Shown here in pieces: positions 40,808 to 51,230 of a DNA stretch of 64,000 nt. The notes beneath the pieces are model-generated. The model ran no database searches and had not been told where the DNA came from. It saw only the letters and a list, made by a program, of their open reading frames with translations. Position 1 is the first letter of the stretch, and every line of letters begins with the position of its first letter. The position numbers and the translations under genes are program-made. The stretch is from Paremcibacter sp. (GTDB lineage Bacteria; Pseudomonadota; Alphaproteobacteria; Sphingomonadales; Emcibacteraceae): NCBI GenBank assembly GCA_048266545.1, contig JBLWZH010000014.1, positions 7,952 through 71,951 of the forward strand, in the 5' to 3' direction.

Positions 40808-40927
40808 AAAGTATATTCCTTTTATGGGTTTACCGATATTGTGAAGTATACATCTGTTTAGCTGAATCTCAAATGAACAAAGCCGTGAACAGACCGTGAC
40901 TGGTTTTATATTCACACATTATGGCGG

Positions 40928-43246
40928 TTATTTGACGAATTCCTCGGATTTGCCGGAACTGCTGCTTCCGATTTTCTTCACCGGAGACGGCCCCGGCTCA
41001 ACATCAAAGACCAGTTTATTGTCCTTGACCCGAACCAGTACATCACCGCCATTGACCAGCTTGCCAAACAAAAGTTCGTTGGCCAGTGGCTTTTTGACAT
41101 GATCCTGAATACAGCGGGCCAAGGGCCGGGCGCCGTAAAGCCGGTCATAGCCTTTTTCGGACAGCCAGCTTTTCGCCGCCGGGGTCAGGTTGATATTGAC
41201 GTTGCGATCCTCAAGCTGCATTTCCAGCTCAAGAATGAATTTCTCGACCACCCGCGCCATGATTTCCGGCGACAGATTCTTGAACGGCACCGTCGCATCG
41301 AGCCGGTTGCGAAATTCCGGCGTAAACAGCTTCTTGATCGCTTCCTCGTCATCGCCTTCGCGAATGGAGGATCCGAAACCGATCGCTTCCTTGCTCATTT
41401 CCGTCGCCCCGGCATTGGTTGTCATCACCAGGATAACATTGCGGAAATCAATTTTTTTGCCATTGCTGTCGGTCAGTTTGCCGTGGTCCATCACCTGAAG
41501 CAGAATATTGAATATATCCGGGTGGGCCTTCTCAATTTCATCCAGCAAAATCACCGAATGGGGCGCCTGGTCGACGGCGTCGGTCAACAATCCGCCCTGG
41601 TCATAGCCGACATAGCCGGGCGGCGCGCCGATCAGCCGGGACACGGAATGCCGCTCCATATATTCGGACATGTCAAAGCGGTGCAACTCAAGGCCCAGAA
41701 GGCTGGCCAACTGCTTGGTGACCTCGGTCTTGCCGACCCCGGTCGGGCCGCTGAACAGATAGCAGCCGATGGGCTTTTCATCCTGGCGCAGACCGGCGCG
41801 GGAAAGCCGGATGGCGTCGGTCAGAACCTCAATCGCCTTGTCCTGACCGTAAATCACCCGTTTCAGGTCGGCGTCAATGCTCGCCAGCACCGCCGTATCA
41901 TCCTTGGAGACTGATTTCGGCGGAATTCGGGCGATTTTCGAGACGACGGACTCAACATCGGCGACGGAAATCTCCGTTTTGCGTTTTTCCGGCGGCAGCA
42001 GCATCTGTGACGCGCCGACCTCATCAATCACGTCGATGGATTTGTCGGGCTGCTTGCGGTCATTGATATAGCGGGAGGACAGATCAACCGCCGCCTCAAT
42101 CACATCGTCGCTGAATTTGACATTATGGTGGTCTTCAAAATATTTCCGCAGCCCTTTCATGATTTCCTTGGTTTCGGGAATCGTTGGCTCCTTAATGTCA
42201 ATTTTCTGGAATCGTCTGAGCAGCGCCCGGTCTTTCTCAAAATAGGACCGGTATTCCTTGTATGTTGTCGAACCGATGCAGCGAATGGCGCCGGAAGACA
42301 AGGCGGGTTTCAGCATATTGGAGGCGTCCATCGCCCCGCCGCTGGTGGCGCCGGCGCCGATAATGGTATGGATTTCATCGATGAACAGAATGGCCCCGTC
42401 ATGCTTCTCCACCTCGGAAATCACCGCCTTCAGGCGTTCTTCAAAGTCGCCGCGATAGCGGGTGCCGGCAAGCAACGTTCCCATGTCCAGACAGAAAATG
42501 GTGGCGGATTGCAGCACCTCCGGGACTCTCTTTTCGACAATATGGCGCGCCAGCCCTTCCGCGATGGCGGTTTTGCCAACCCCCGGGTCGCCGACATACA
42601 GCGGGTTATTCTTGGACCGGCGACACAGGATCTGAATGGTCCGCTCTATCTCATGCTCCCGGCCGATCAAGGGGTCGATTTTACCGTCGCGGGCCTTCTG
42701 ATTCAGATCAACGCAATATTTCTCAAGGGCGGTTTCTTCGCGGTCTTCCTGAATATCCGCCTCGTCCCCCACGCCATGGGGGCTGCCGGCATCCTCAAAT
42801 TTGCCGGTGGATTTCGCCAGGCCATGCGACACATAGCTCACCGCATCAAGCCGCGTCATGTCATATTGCTGAAGAAAATATACCGCATGGCTTTCCCGTT
42901 CGGAAAAAAGCGCGATCAGGACATTGGCGCCGGTGACTTCTTCGCGACCCGAGCTTTGAACATGCAGAATAGCCCGCTGAATCACCCGCTGAAAGCCGGT
43001 GGTCGGGCTCGCCTCGCCGCTTTGGTCGCCCTTGATGTTATCCAGCTCTACATCCAGATAGGCTTTGATTTCCGCCCTCAGCTGACGCACATTCACGTCG
43101 CAGGCGCGCAATACCGCAACCGCATCCTGATCATTCAGCAGGCCAAACAGCAAATGTTCCAGGGTGGCGAACTCATGATTGCGCTGATTGGCCTCACCGA
43201 TGGCCCGATGCAGGGTATGCTCAAGATTTGGCGAAAATGTCGGCAT
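40928..43246 (-). CDS. clpA: ATP-dependent Clp protease ATP-binding subunit ClpA
   Basis: Two AAA+ modules ([16 protein letters not shown]). Start at [15 protein letters not shown], with a GAGAAGGAG SD inside the clpS end. Confidence 0.96.
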   Translation of the reverse strand: MPTFSPNLEHTLHRAIGEANQRNHEFATLEHLLFGLLNDQDAVAVLRACDVNVRQLRAEIKAYLDVELDNIKGDQSGEASPTTGFQRVIQRAILHVQSSGREEVTGANVLIALFSERESHAVYFLQQYDMTRLDAVSYVSHGLAKSTGKFEDAGSPHGVGDEADIQEDREETALEKYCVDLNQKARDGKIDPLIGREHEIERTIQILCRRSKNNPLYVGDPGVGKTAIAEGLARHIVEKRVPEVLQSATIFCLDMGTLLAGTRYRGDFEERLKAVISEVEKHDGAILFIDEIHTIIGAGATSGGAMDASNMLKPALSSGAIRCIGSTTYKEYRSYFEKDRALLRRFQKIDIKEPTIPETKEIMKGLRKYFEDHHNVKFSDDVIEAAVDLSSRYINDRKQPDKSIDVIDEVGASQMLLPPEKRKTEISVADVESVVSKIARIPPKSVSKDDTAVLASIDADLKRVIYGQDKAIEVLTDAIRLSRAGLRQDEKPIGCYLFSGPTGVGKTEVTKQLASLLGLELHRFDMSEYMERHSVSRLIGAPPGYVGYDQGGLLTDAVDQAPHSVILLDEIEKAHPDIFNILLQVMDHGKLTDSNGKKIDFRNVILVMTTNAGATEMSKEAIGFGSSIREGDDEEAIKKLFTPEFRNRLDATVPFKNLSPEIMARVVEKFILELEMQLEDRNVNINLTPAAKSWLSEKGYDRLYGARPLARCIQDHVKKPLANELLFGKLVNGGDVLVRVKDNKLVFDVEPGPSPVKKIGSSSSGKSEEFVK

Positions 43247-43253
43247 GGATAAT

Positions 43254-43580
43254 CTACTCCTTCTCCAGGGTGCATTGCAGGGGATGCTCGTGACGTCGGG
43301 CGCTGTCAATCACCTGCATGACTTTCGTTTCGGCAACTTCGAAACTGTATACGCCGCAAATACCAACCCCCTTCTGGTGCACATTCAGCATGATCTGCAC
43401 CGCTTCTTCTTCTGACTTCTGAAAGAACGTCTGAAGAATCTGAACAACGAAATCCATCGGGGTATAATCGTCATTCAACATGAGAACCTTATACATGGAC
43501 GGTTTTTTGGTCTTGGGACGGGTTTTCGTCAGGGTTCCCGTTTTGCCATTGCCCTCACCATCCTTATGATCTTCACTCAT
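43254..43580 (-). CDS. clpS: ClpS adaptor protein
   Basis: [18 protein letters not shown]...VH..G..ICGVY core. Confidence 0.95.
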   Translation of the reverse strand: MSEDHKDGEGNGKTGTLTKTRPKTKKPSMYKVLMLNDDYTPMDFVVQILQTFFQKSEEEAVQIMLNVHQKGVGICGVYSFEVAETKVMQVIDSARRHEHPLQCTLEKE

Positions 43581-43783
43581 AGATCCGCCGATAAATTAAT
43601 TAAGCCATTATCTATATAATAGAATGCCACGGGCGGATTTAAAGATCTTAATGAACAAATATTTCATCAATGCCGATTTGATTGATATTTTTCTATCCCA
43701 GTTTAGACGCTTGATCCTAATGTATCGTTAAAACCGGAAAAGATCCATCTGCTTTAGGTCGCAATGGATAGCGGATCTCAGAC

Positions 43784-43811
43784 AAAAAAAGGCCCGGCGG
43801 GAAACCGGACC
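43784..43811 (-). terminator. rho-independent terminator of the phasin gene
   Basis: On the minus strand: GGTCCGG-TTTCCCG-CCGGGCC followed by TTTTTTT. Confidence 0.65.
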
Positions 43812-43846
43812 TTAAATATTTTGCCGTCGAAAGGACGGTATGGCGA

Positions 43847-44305
43847 TTAACCGGCCAGCGGCAGGTTATATTTGGCAGCAACTTCTTCGTAGCGGGCTTT
43901 CAGAGGCTCGACAACTTCGGTGACCGAATTTGTCGTCACTTCATTCAGGCGGTTTGATTCAGAAACGAATGCATCAAACCGGCCTTTCAGGATATTAGCC
44001 TGAAGCTCGAAAAACTCGGCCGGTGATTTTGCCGAGAATAATGTTTTGACATCCTCAACATTCTTTTCAACCGCCTTTTTGGAGGCCGCAGCGAAATCCG
44101 CATTGACCGTCTGGGCCACCTTAACAGCCGCATTGCCGGAGGCGACAAACGCTTCGTAGTTTGCCTTGCCGAAGGCGGCGGCATCGTCAAAATTGCTTGT
44201 GACGTCCTTGATGGCTTTCTGAACCGTTTCCTGAGCAGCTTCGAAAGTTTTTTCGGCAGCCTTCTGATTGGCGGAAGTTGCCTTGGATGTGGTAGATTTG
44301 GTCAT
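43847..44305 (-). CDS. phasin-family PHA-granule protein
   Basis: Start at MTKSTTSKATSANQKAAEKTFEAAQ... 152 aa, Ala/Lys/Glu-rich helical protein with NYEAFVASGNAAVK and PAEFFELQ blocks. Confidence 0.8.
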   Translation of the reverse strand: MTKSTTSKATSANQKAAEKTFEAAQETVQKAIKDVTSNFDDAAAFGKANYEAFVASGNAAVKVAQTVNADFAAASKKAVEKNVEDVKTLFSAKSPAEFFELQANILKGRFDAFVSESNRLNEVTTNSVTEVVEPLKARYEEVAAKYNLPLAG

Positions 44306-44339
44306 AACCTGATCCTTATTCAATAAAATTCCAGTGAAA

Positions 44340-44354
44340 TTGTGCAACGCAACA
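44340..44354. promoter_or_regulatory. TGC-N3-GCA box 1 upstream of the phasin gene (TTGTGCAACGCAACA)
   Basis: 13/15 identical to box 2. PhaR-operator-like palindrome. Confidence 0.4.
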
Positions 44355-44406
44355 TAAACTCTATTGCGATATATACGGCGAATTTTCAGGAAAGTCAAAT
44401 ATTTTT

Positions 44407-44421
44407 TTGTGCAGTGCAACA
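44407..44421. promoter_or_regulatory. TGC-N3-GCA box 2 upstream of the phasin gene (TTGTGCAGTGCAACA)
   Basis: 67 bp from box 1, within the 160-bp phasin promoter region. Confidence 0.4.
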
Positions 44422-44465
44422 AATAATTCACATTCACAGATTGTCTGTGACATGATGCCGATTGT

Positions 44466-45866
44466 TCAGCCCAAGACCGGTCCCGCGCCGGCGAGGGCAA
44501 GCTGTTCATTCAACTGGTCAAGCAGGCGGTCCAGGTCGCTTTCGGTACGCCCCTCACAGCGGGCGACCAGGGCGCCCTCCGTATTGGACGGCCGCAGCAG
44601 CCACCAGCCCCGGGCCGATGTGACCCGAACGCCGTCAACATCATTTATCATGCAATCTGTTGCTGCCAGGCGCCTTTTTATGTCGCGGACAATTTCAAAT
44701 TTACGATTCTCAGGGCAGACAAGGCGAATTTCAGGCGTGCTGACCATCCGCGGCAGATTTTCCAGCAGCCCGGTCAGACCCCGCCCGGGCCCGGCGATGA
44801 CGTTCAGCAGCCTGAGGGCGGCATATATCCCGTCATCATAGCCGTAAAACGGGTCGCCGAAATAAATATGGCCGCTCATTTCCCCGGCCAGGAGGGCGCC
44901 GGTTTGCCGCATCTTGTCCTTGATCAGCGAATGGCCGCTTTTCCACATGATCGCCTTGCCGCCCCCCTCTTCAACAACATCGAAGGTGCTCTGGCTGGTT
45001 TTGACATCGCCGATGATCGTCGCTCCCGGGTGTCGTTGCAAAATATCCTGGGCCAGAATGGCCAGCATCTGATCGCCCCAGACGATGGCGCCATCCTTGT
45101 TCATCATGCCGATCCGATCCGCATCGCCGTCAAAGGCAAAGCCGACATCAAGTGTCCTGTCTCTGATCAGCTCGGCCAGTTGGCTCAGGTTTTCCGGGAT
45201 CGTCGGGTCCGGATGATGGGCGGGAAAGCGGCCGTCGATTGCGCCGTTAATCAGAAAATGCCGGCCGGGCAACTGTTTAATCAGATCCCGGACCACCTCG
45301 CCGCCGGCGCCATTGCCGGGATCCCAGCCGACTTTCAGGTCGCGGGCGGCCAGCGCCGCGAAATCGACATCCTTGAGCAAACGGTCAAGATAACGGCTTG
45401 TCATATTTTCCGACACGTATCGGCCCTCGCCCGTTTCATAATCCGCCGCGGCGCCTGTCCGTCCAAGGGCCTGTATCTGGTCGCCGTAAAAGGAGTCCTT
45501 GCCCAGCATCAGTTTGAAGCCGTTGTACTCCGGGGAGTTATGGGAGCCGGTGACCATAACGCCGCCATCGCAATCAAGCTCAAAGACCGCGAAATAGACC
45601 ATCGGCGTCGGACCGCAGCCGATATCAATGACGTTCAGGCCCGTGGACCGCAATCCTGTGATCAGGGCGGCGGCCAATGCCGGGGAACTCAAACGACCGT
45701 CATAGCCAACCGCAATTTTGTCGCCGCCGTTCCGGATGACCTGGCTGCCATAGCAGCGCCCGAGGACTTCCGCATCTTTCAGAGTCAGGGTCTGATCAAC
45801 AATCCCCCGAATATCATATTCGCGCAGGATGGTCGGGTGAAATATATGGCCCTTTTCCGCCATCAT
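44466..45866 (-). CDS. phosphomannomutase/phosphoglucomutase
   Basis: Active-site TGSHNSPEYNG, metal loop FDGDADR, and GEMSGH. Confidence 0.93.
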   Translation of the reverse strand: MMAEKGHIFHPTILREYDIRGIVDQTLTLKDAEVLGRCYGSQVIRNGGDKIAVGYDGRLSSPALAAALITGLRSTGLNVIDIGCGPTPMVYFAVFELDCDGGVMVTGSHNSPEYNGFKLMLGKDSFYGDQIQALGRTGAAADYETGEGRYVSENMTSRYLDRLLKDVDFAALAARDLKVGWDPGNGAGGEVVRDLIKQLPGRHFLINGAIDGRFPAHHPDPTIPENLSQLAELIRDRTLDVGFAFDGDADRIGMMNKDGAIVWGDQMLAILAQDILQRHPGATIIGDVKTSQSTFDVVEEGGGKAIMWKSGHSLIKDKMRQTGALLAGEMSGHIYFGDPFYGYDDGIYAALRLLNVIAGPGRGLTGLLENLPRMVSTPEIRLVCPENRKFEIVRDIKRRLAATDCMINDVDGVRVTSARGWWLLRPSNTEGALVARCEGRTESDLDRLLDQLNEQLALAGAGPVLG

Positions 45867-45868
45867 GG

Positions 45869-46333
45869 TTATCCCATCAGGATGTCCCGGGCCTGATTTA
45901 TCTTCATGGCCAGGTAATCCGATCCGCCCTGGTCGGGATGAATTTTCTTGAGAAGTTTATGGTGGGCCTCCTTGATCTCGGACGGGCTCGGTCGCCCTTC
46001 GAGGCCCAGAATATCAAGCGCTTCCTCACGGGTCATCGGCAACGACTTCCTGGGCCGCGCATCATGCCTGCGCCCGGTCTTCCGGGGGGTGAGCGGGGCG
46101 CCGCCTATTGCAGTCCACAGGCTGCCCTGCGCCGACAGAAAGGCCAGCAGGCCCAATATGCCGGCAATTGCGACATTGCCCCGGATCAGGATCAAAAACC
46201 CGAGCAATCCCATGACAACCGCAAAGCCATAGCGGAAGATCCGGTTCAGCTTGGGCGAATTCGACTGCTTCATCAGGCGCGAGATCAGATAGAGCAGAAT
46301 GACAAAAGCAACAATAATCAGGATATAAGGCAT
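45869..46333 (-). CDS. membrane-anchored J-domain protein (Tim14/Pam18-like, TimB-type)
   Basis: Three N-terminal TM segments plus a C-terminal J-domain (ILGLEG...EIKEAHHKLLKKIHPDQGGS). Confidence 0.8.
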   Translation of the reverse strand: MPYILIIVAFVILLYLISRLMKQSNSPKLNRIFRYGFAVVMGLLGFLILIRGNVAIAGILGLLAFLSAQGSLWTAIGGAPLTPRKTGRRHDARPRKSLPMTREEALDILGLEGRPSPSEIKEAHHKLLKKIHPDQGGSDYLAMKINQARDILMG

Positions 46334-46342
46334 GCCGTTCCC

Positions 46343-47200
46343 CTATTCCGCTGCGGCGACGGACGCCTTGTCCCAGCCCGGCAGGTGAAGATCATCCATC
46401 AGGCGGCGGATTTCCTGGCGCGCCGCCACATGGGACAGGGTCATTTTCTGACTGCCCGTGTCCCGGAAGTCGACCAATGTCAGTCCCTTGGGGAATAATT
46501 CCCGGTAAATCACCCGCTCACCCAGACCCGGCACATAACGGAAGGCCACCCTTTTCTGCAACTGGGTCAGGACATTGTGAACCCGGCGTTTGTTTTTCGC
46601 ATCAAGCGCCGAGGTCCGGTTGCGCATGACAATCCAGTCAATCGTTCCCCGGTCTGTCAGCGCCCGCTGCTTGCGGGCCTCCCAGACCATTTCACTATAC
46701 AGGCTGAGTTTTTCCACCTGATAGCTGTCCGGATTGACCTTGGCCAGCAGGTCAACGTCAACAAAACTGTCATTGACCGGGGTAATGAGGGTATCCGCCG
46801 CCGCATGGGCGACCCGCGACAGGAATGTATCGCTTCCCGGGCAATCAATCAGGATATAGTCATATGCCCCCTTCACCTCCGTCAGCAGGGCGGTGATATT
46901 TTCCCGGTCCCGGCGCTCCATATCCGCGAGGGAGCCTTCTTCCGAACGGTTGAGGACATGAACCTCCGGCATTGACAGCTTCAGGTTATATTGGTCGGCG
47001 TAACTCTGGCGGTTTTCGATATAGCGCGCCAGGGATTTCTGGCGGGCGTCCAGATCAATGACCGCAACCCGCGCCCCCCGCTCCAGAAGACTGACCACAA
47101 TATGCATGGCGGATGTGGATTTGCCCGATCCGCCTTTTTCGTTGCCGACGACGACAACATGCGCCCCGTTCATTTTTTTCGGCGTTATCCCTTGATCCAT
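46343..47200 (-). CDS. mipZ: division-plane positioning ATPase MipZ
   Basis: VVVGNEKGGSGKSTSAMHIVVSLLERGARVAVIDLDARQ..., a ParA-like deviant Walker A. panC lies nearby, as in Caulobacter. Confidence 0.88.
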   Translation of the reverse strand: MDQGITPKKMNGAHVVVVGNEKGGSGKSTSAMHIVVSLLERGARVAVIDLDARQKSLARYIENRQSYADQYNLKLSMPEVHVLNRSEEGSLADMERRDRENITALLTEVKGAYDYILIDCPGSDTFLSRVAHAAADTLITPVNDSFVDVDLLAKVNPDSYQVEKLSLYSEMVWEARKQRALTDRGTIDWIVMRNRTSALDAKNKRRVHNVLTQLQKRVAFRYVPGLGERVIYRELFPKGLTLVDFRDTGSQKMTLSHVAARQEIRRLMDDLHLPGWDKASVAAAE

Positions 47201-47378
47201 TTTGGCTCCCTTATCATATGAAACCGGCTTTTATCTATTTTTAAAAACACGAAAATCTGACTTAAAAATACTAAAGTCTGGTATTTTTTCCACATCATCA
47301 TTATAAACTGGCCCATATTTTCCGGCCAACTTAAATTTTCGGCCGGATTTTCGTGATACAGCCGACAGACCTGGTGCA

Positions 47379-48344
47379 GTGACCGCAATGAACAAACAAC
47401 GCAATCATAGCTTAATCAAAGACACTATTCTAATCTTCATTGCAATAGTGTTTTTTGTCATTGGGCCGATTTTGCTGGCAAACTGGCAGGTCACCCGCAA
47501 TTACCTTCAGTTTTCCCCAATCAAACTGGTTGAAAATATCCAGCTCGGGGACGATGAGCACGCCATCAGATATTTTGCCTCATACGGATTTGACCTCAAA
47601 CGGATTCGACAGAGCAAACAGGATGTGCCGGAAATATACCTGGCGAATCTGCCCCGGGAACTGCCCCGCATGCGGGACATCCGGGAAAAGAAAAAATTGT
47701 TTTTTTCCACCCTGTTGCCGCCGATTCTGAAAGTCAATGAGGTTATTTACAACGACCGGCAAAGGCTGAAAAAAATCATTCTTGCCCTTACCCTCGGCGA
47801 AGAAGTGTCCGACCGGGACTATTACTGGCTGACCCGGAAACTGGTCCAATATAAGATCAAGGTCGATGACGTTCAGGATTTTGTTGACCGGGCCGATGCA
47901 ATTCTCGAAGAACTGCTCTGCCGGATGAATGTCATTCCACCGGAACTGGCCCTGGCCCAAGCGGCGCAGGAAAGCGGTTGGGGAACCTCGCGTTTCGCCC
48001 AGAAAGGCAACGCCCTTTACGGTCAATGGACCTGGGGAAATGGCTGCGGCATGGTCCCGAAACGACGCGGCGAGGGCAAAAAACATCGTATGAAATGCTT
48101 TAACAGCATCATAGAAGCAGTTGACAGTTATATGTTAAATCTGAATACTCACCGGGCTTATGCTGCATTGCGAAAGAAAAGGCGCGCGTATCGCGATGAT
48201 CAGCCGATTGATGTCATGCCGCTCGTGGAGACCCTGACCGGTTATTCGGTCGAAGGCCCGCAATATGTGGCAAAGATCAAAAAGATTATTCGGGTTAACC
48301 GGCTTGGCGACTTTAGCAACGCCCGGCTCATGACGGACCATTAA
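47379..48344 (+). CDS. glucosaminidase-domain protein (Bax/FlgJ-like)
   Basis: N-terminal TM segment and the block LALAQAAQESGWGTSRFAQKGNALYGQW. Confidence 0.8.
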   Translation: MTAMNKQRNHSLIKDTILIFIAIVFFVIGPILLANWQVTRNYLQFSPIKLVENIQLGDDEHAIRYFASYGFDLKRIRQSKQDVPEIYLANLPRELPRMRDIREKKKLFFSTLLPPILKVNEVIYNDRQRLKKIILALTLGEEVSDRDYYWLTRKLVQYKIKVDDVQDFVDRADAILEELLCRMNVIPPELALAQAAQESGWGTSRFAQKGNALYGQWTWGNGCGMVPKRRGEGKKHRMKCFNSIIEAVDSYMLNLNTHRAYAALRKKRRAYRDDQPIDVMPLVETLTGYSVEGPQYVAKIKKIIRVNRLGDFSNARLMTDH

Positions 48345-48369
48345 CGGGTCTAATGTGTAAGGAACAAGT

Positions 48370-49245
48370 ATGACGGTATCCTCTGTGCAGATCATTCGCA
48401 CCAAAAAAGACCTGCGGGCCCGGGTCCGTGACTGGCATATGAAGGGTCTGACCGTCGGCATGATTCCGACCATGGGCGCCCTGCATCATGGCCATTTGTC
48501 GCTGATCCGGGAAACCCAGAAACATGTGGACAAGGTTGTCGTCAGCATTTTCGTCAATCCGAAACAGTTCGGCCCCAATGAGGATTTTGACAAATATCCG
48601 CGCCAGGAAACGGCCGATGTGGAAAAGCTGCAACAGGTCAGGGTGGATCTGCTCTATGCGCCGCGGCCGGAAGAAATGTATCCTGAAGGCTTTCTGACCA
48701 ATGTTTCGGTCGAGAAAATCACCGAAGGCCTGTGCGCCGCCAAACGGCCCGGACATTTTGACGGGGTGACCACGGTGGTGACCAAGCTGTTGCTGCAATG
48801 CCTGCCCGATGTCGCCATTTTCGGCGAAAAAGACTATCAGCAATATGTTGTCCTCAAGCGTCTGACCGACGACCTTGATATTCCGACAAGGGTGATGTGC
48901 GGCCCCCTGATCCGCGACGAAGACGGGCTGGCGACCTCATCCCGCAATGTCTATCTGAGCCCCGAAGAGCGGAAAATCGCCCTGGAAATCCCCCGAACCC
49001 TGAAACGGATCGTGCAGGAAGTCGAAAGCGGCGCCCTGTCGCTGACGGAATCGCTGCGCAAAGGCGAACAGCATCTTCTGGCGAGCGGCTTTCAGGAAGT
49101 TCAGTATCTGGAGATCCGCCGGTCCGAAGACCTGGCGGCGGTGACCGACAAGATCAGCGTCCCGTCGCGGGTTCTGGTCGCGGCAGTGGTTGGCAAAACC
49201 CGGCTGATCGACAATATGCCGATCCGGGTGCCTGAAACAGTCTAG
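48370..49245 (+). CDS. panC: pantoate--beta-alanine ligase
   Basis: PTMGALHHGHLSL and FGEKDYQQ motifs. Confidence 0.96.
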   Translation: MTVSSVQIIRTKKDLRARVRDWHMKGLTVGMIPTMGALHHGHLSLIRETQKHVDKVVVSIFVNPKQFGPNEDFDKYPRQETADVEKLQQVRVDLLYAPRPEEMYPEGFLTNVSVEKITEGLCAAKRPGHFDGVTTVVTKLLLQCLPDVAIFGEKDYQQYVVLKRLTDDLDIPTRVMCGPLIRDEDGLATSSRNVYLSPEERKIALEIPRTLKRIVQEVESGALSLTESLRKGEQHLLASGFQEVQYLEIRRSEDLAAVTDKISVPSRVLVAAVVGKTRLIDNMPIRVPETV

Positions 49246-49277
49246 GATCAGGACCTATTAATTATATATAATTCGGC

Positions 49278-49703
49278 CTAAATCAGCCCCAGTTCGCGCA
49301 GCTTTGCCGATATTTCCGGCGGGATGTCCTCTGCCCTGCTTTTCACGTTCAGGTCTTTCGGCGCATCGGCCGGCTCAAGGTAACGCCAGCCCTGATGGGG
49401 TCGTCGCGGCTGGCTTTCCGTGCGCACCAGGCGGGTATCCATGATGATCTTGCATTTAACGCCGGTATCCGTTTCCACCGGCTCGAGGCCGATAATGCGC
49501 TGGCGCACCTGTATAAAGCCCTTGATGATCCAGTATATGGACCCGCCGTCGAGTATTTCATCGGCGCGCTTGGGGCGAAACCGGGTGATGTGATAGTTAT
49601 AAGGCGTGCCGGAAGGCAATAAATTCCGCCGCCCTTCCCTGACCTGTATCAGATGGTCGATACTGTCAATGCCGACACATAGCTTTAAAATATGAACCGT
49701 CAT
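49278..49703 (-). CDS. DUF1489-family protein
   Basis: MTVHILKLCVGIDSIDHL... matches my recollection of a 141-aa conserved alphaproteobacterial family. Confidence 0.7.
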   Translation of the reverse strand: MTVHILKLCVGIDSIDHLIQVREGRRNLLPSGTPYNYHITRFRPKRADEILDGGSIYWIIKGFIQVRQRIIGLEPVETDTGVKCKIIMDTRLVRTESQPRRPHQGWRYLEPADAPKDLNVKSRAEDIPPEISAKLRELGLI

Positions 49704-49710
49704 GAAAATT

Positions 49711-51108
49711 CTACATCAAAAAAACAGAGGCCAGACCGAGGAAGGCGAAAAAACCGACCACATCGGTTATGGTGGTGACAAAAATGCTGCTCGCCAGCGC
49801 CGGGTCGATATTGATCTTTTCCAGGCCAACCGGAATCAAAATTCCGGCAAGCCCGGCCATGATCATGTTGATGATCATGGCGACGGCGATGACGCCGCCA
49901 AGCAGCGGATTGTTGAAATAGGCATAGGACAAGACGCCGATGATAACCGCCATCGCCACGCCATTCAAAACGGCAATGACAAATTCCTTGCCGATGACGC
50001 GCCGGACGTTGGAGGAGGTCAGATCCTTGGTCGCAAGGGAACGGACGGTGACCGTCATCGTCTGGGTGGCGGCGTTACCGCCCATGCTGGCGACGATCGG
50101 CATCAAAATCGCCAATGCGACCATCTGTTCAATGGTCCCGTCAAAAAAGGCGATGACGACAGAGGCCAGAATAGCGGTGCCCAGATTGATGGTCAGCCAG
50201 ACGATACGGTTTTTTGACGCCTCGAGAACGGTCTCGGTAATGTCCGTTTCCTGAACGCCGGCCATGCGCAGAATGTCTTCTTCGGCCTCTTCATCAATCA
50301 CGTCGACGATGTCGTCAACGGTAATCACCCCGATCAGGCGGCCGCTTTTGTCCACAACCCCCATGGAAGTCAGATCATATTGACGGAACATATAGGCCGC
50401 CTCTTCCTGGTCCTTGTCAACCGGGATGACCTTGGGGTCCGTATCCATGATTTCGCTGACCGGAATTTCGTCTTTGGTGCGAATCAACTGGCTCAGGGAG
50501 ACGGTTCCGATGGGGTGATGCAGCGGATCAACGATGAAGATTTCATAAAATTCCACCGGCAGTTCTTCTTCCGAGCGCAGGAACTTGATCACCTGCCCCA
50601 CGGTCCATATCCCGGGGACGGTGATAATTTTTTTCTGGAGCAGACGCCCGGCGCTGTCTTCCGCATAGGACAGCCCCTCCTCGACCGCGAGCCGTTCCTC
50701 CTTCGGCATGGCGGCGATGATCCGGTCGCGATCTTCGGCGCTGATATCCTCCAGAATACCGACCGCATCGTCGCTTTCCAGCTGACTGATGGCGTCGACC
50801 ACATCCTGATCATCCATTTCCCGGATAACCTGGTCAAGGGCGGTATCCTCCAGTTCGGCCAGCACCACCGGATCCATATCCGAGCCAAAATAAGTGGCGA
50901 GGGCACCCCGCTCCGCGCCGGTCAACTGTTCGAAAATATCGGCGACATCCGCAGAATGCAACGGCTCAAGGAGATATTCCAACTGTTCGGAATCATTTTC
51001 GCCGAGAGCATGGGAAATCTCCTCAACAAGCTCCGGCGTTACTTTGAACACATCCTGCTGAGGCGCATTTTTGCTTTGATCTTTTTCCAACAGGTCATGC
51101 GTGTCCAT
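49711..51108 (-). CDS. mgtE: magnesium transporter MgtE
   Basis: N-domain, tandem CBS domains and a C-terminal TM domain (...GNAATQT...D..GF). Confidence 0.95.
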   Translation of the reverse strand: MDTHDLLEKDQSKNAPQQDVFKVTPELVEEISHALGENDSEQLEYLLEPLHSADVADIFEQLTGAERGALATYFGSDMDPVVLAELEDTALDQVIREMDDQDVVDAISQLESDDAVGILEDISAEDRDRIIAAMPKEERLAVEEGLSYAEDSAGRLLQKKIITVPGIWTVGQVIKFLRSEEELPVEFYEIFIVDPLHHPIGTVSLSQLIRTKDEIPVSEIMDTDPKVIPVDKDQEEAAYMFRQYDLTSMGVVDKSGRLIGVITVDDIVDVIDEEAEEDILRMAGVQETDITETVLEASKNRIVWLTINLGTAILASVVIAFFDGTIEQMVALAILMPIVASMGGNAATQTMTVTVRSLATKDLTSSNVRRVIGKEFVIAVLNGVAMAVIIGVLSYAYFNNPLLGGVIAVAMIINMIMAGLAGILIPVGLEKINIDPALASSIFVTTITDVVGFFAFLGLASVFLM

Positions 51109-51230
51109 GATGCCCTATCCTGTTTGCTGATGATTGGTTCAGGTATCGGATTTTTCACGAGACAGGTCAAGGAATTATCCTGAAAGGCGGGAAATAAAAT
51201 GGTCCTGCTCCCCTTGTCGCCGTCCAGGCT

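Noticed and set aside
39162-45896. Long shadow ORFs (39162-40229 -, 42125-43252 +, 44868-45896 +)
   Set aside because: They are antisense to the GNAT, clpA and pgm genes respectively. All three have R/G/P/H-rich composition, and the sense genes are unambiguous.
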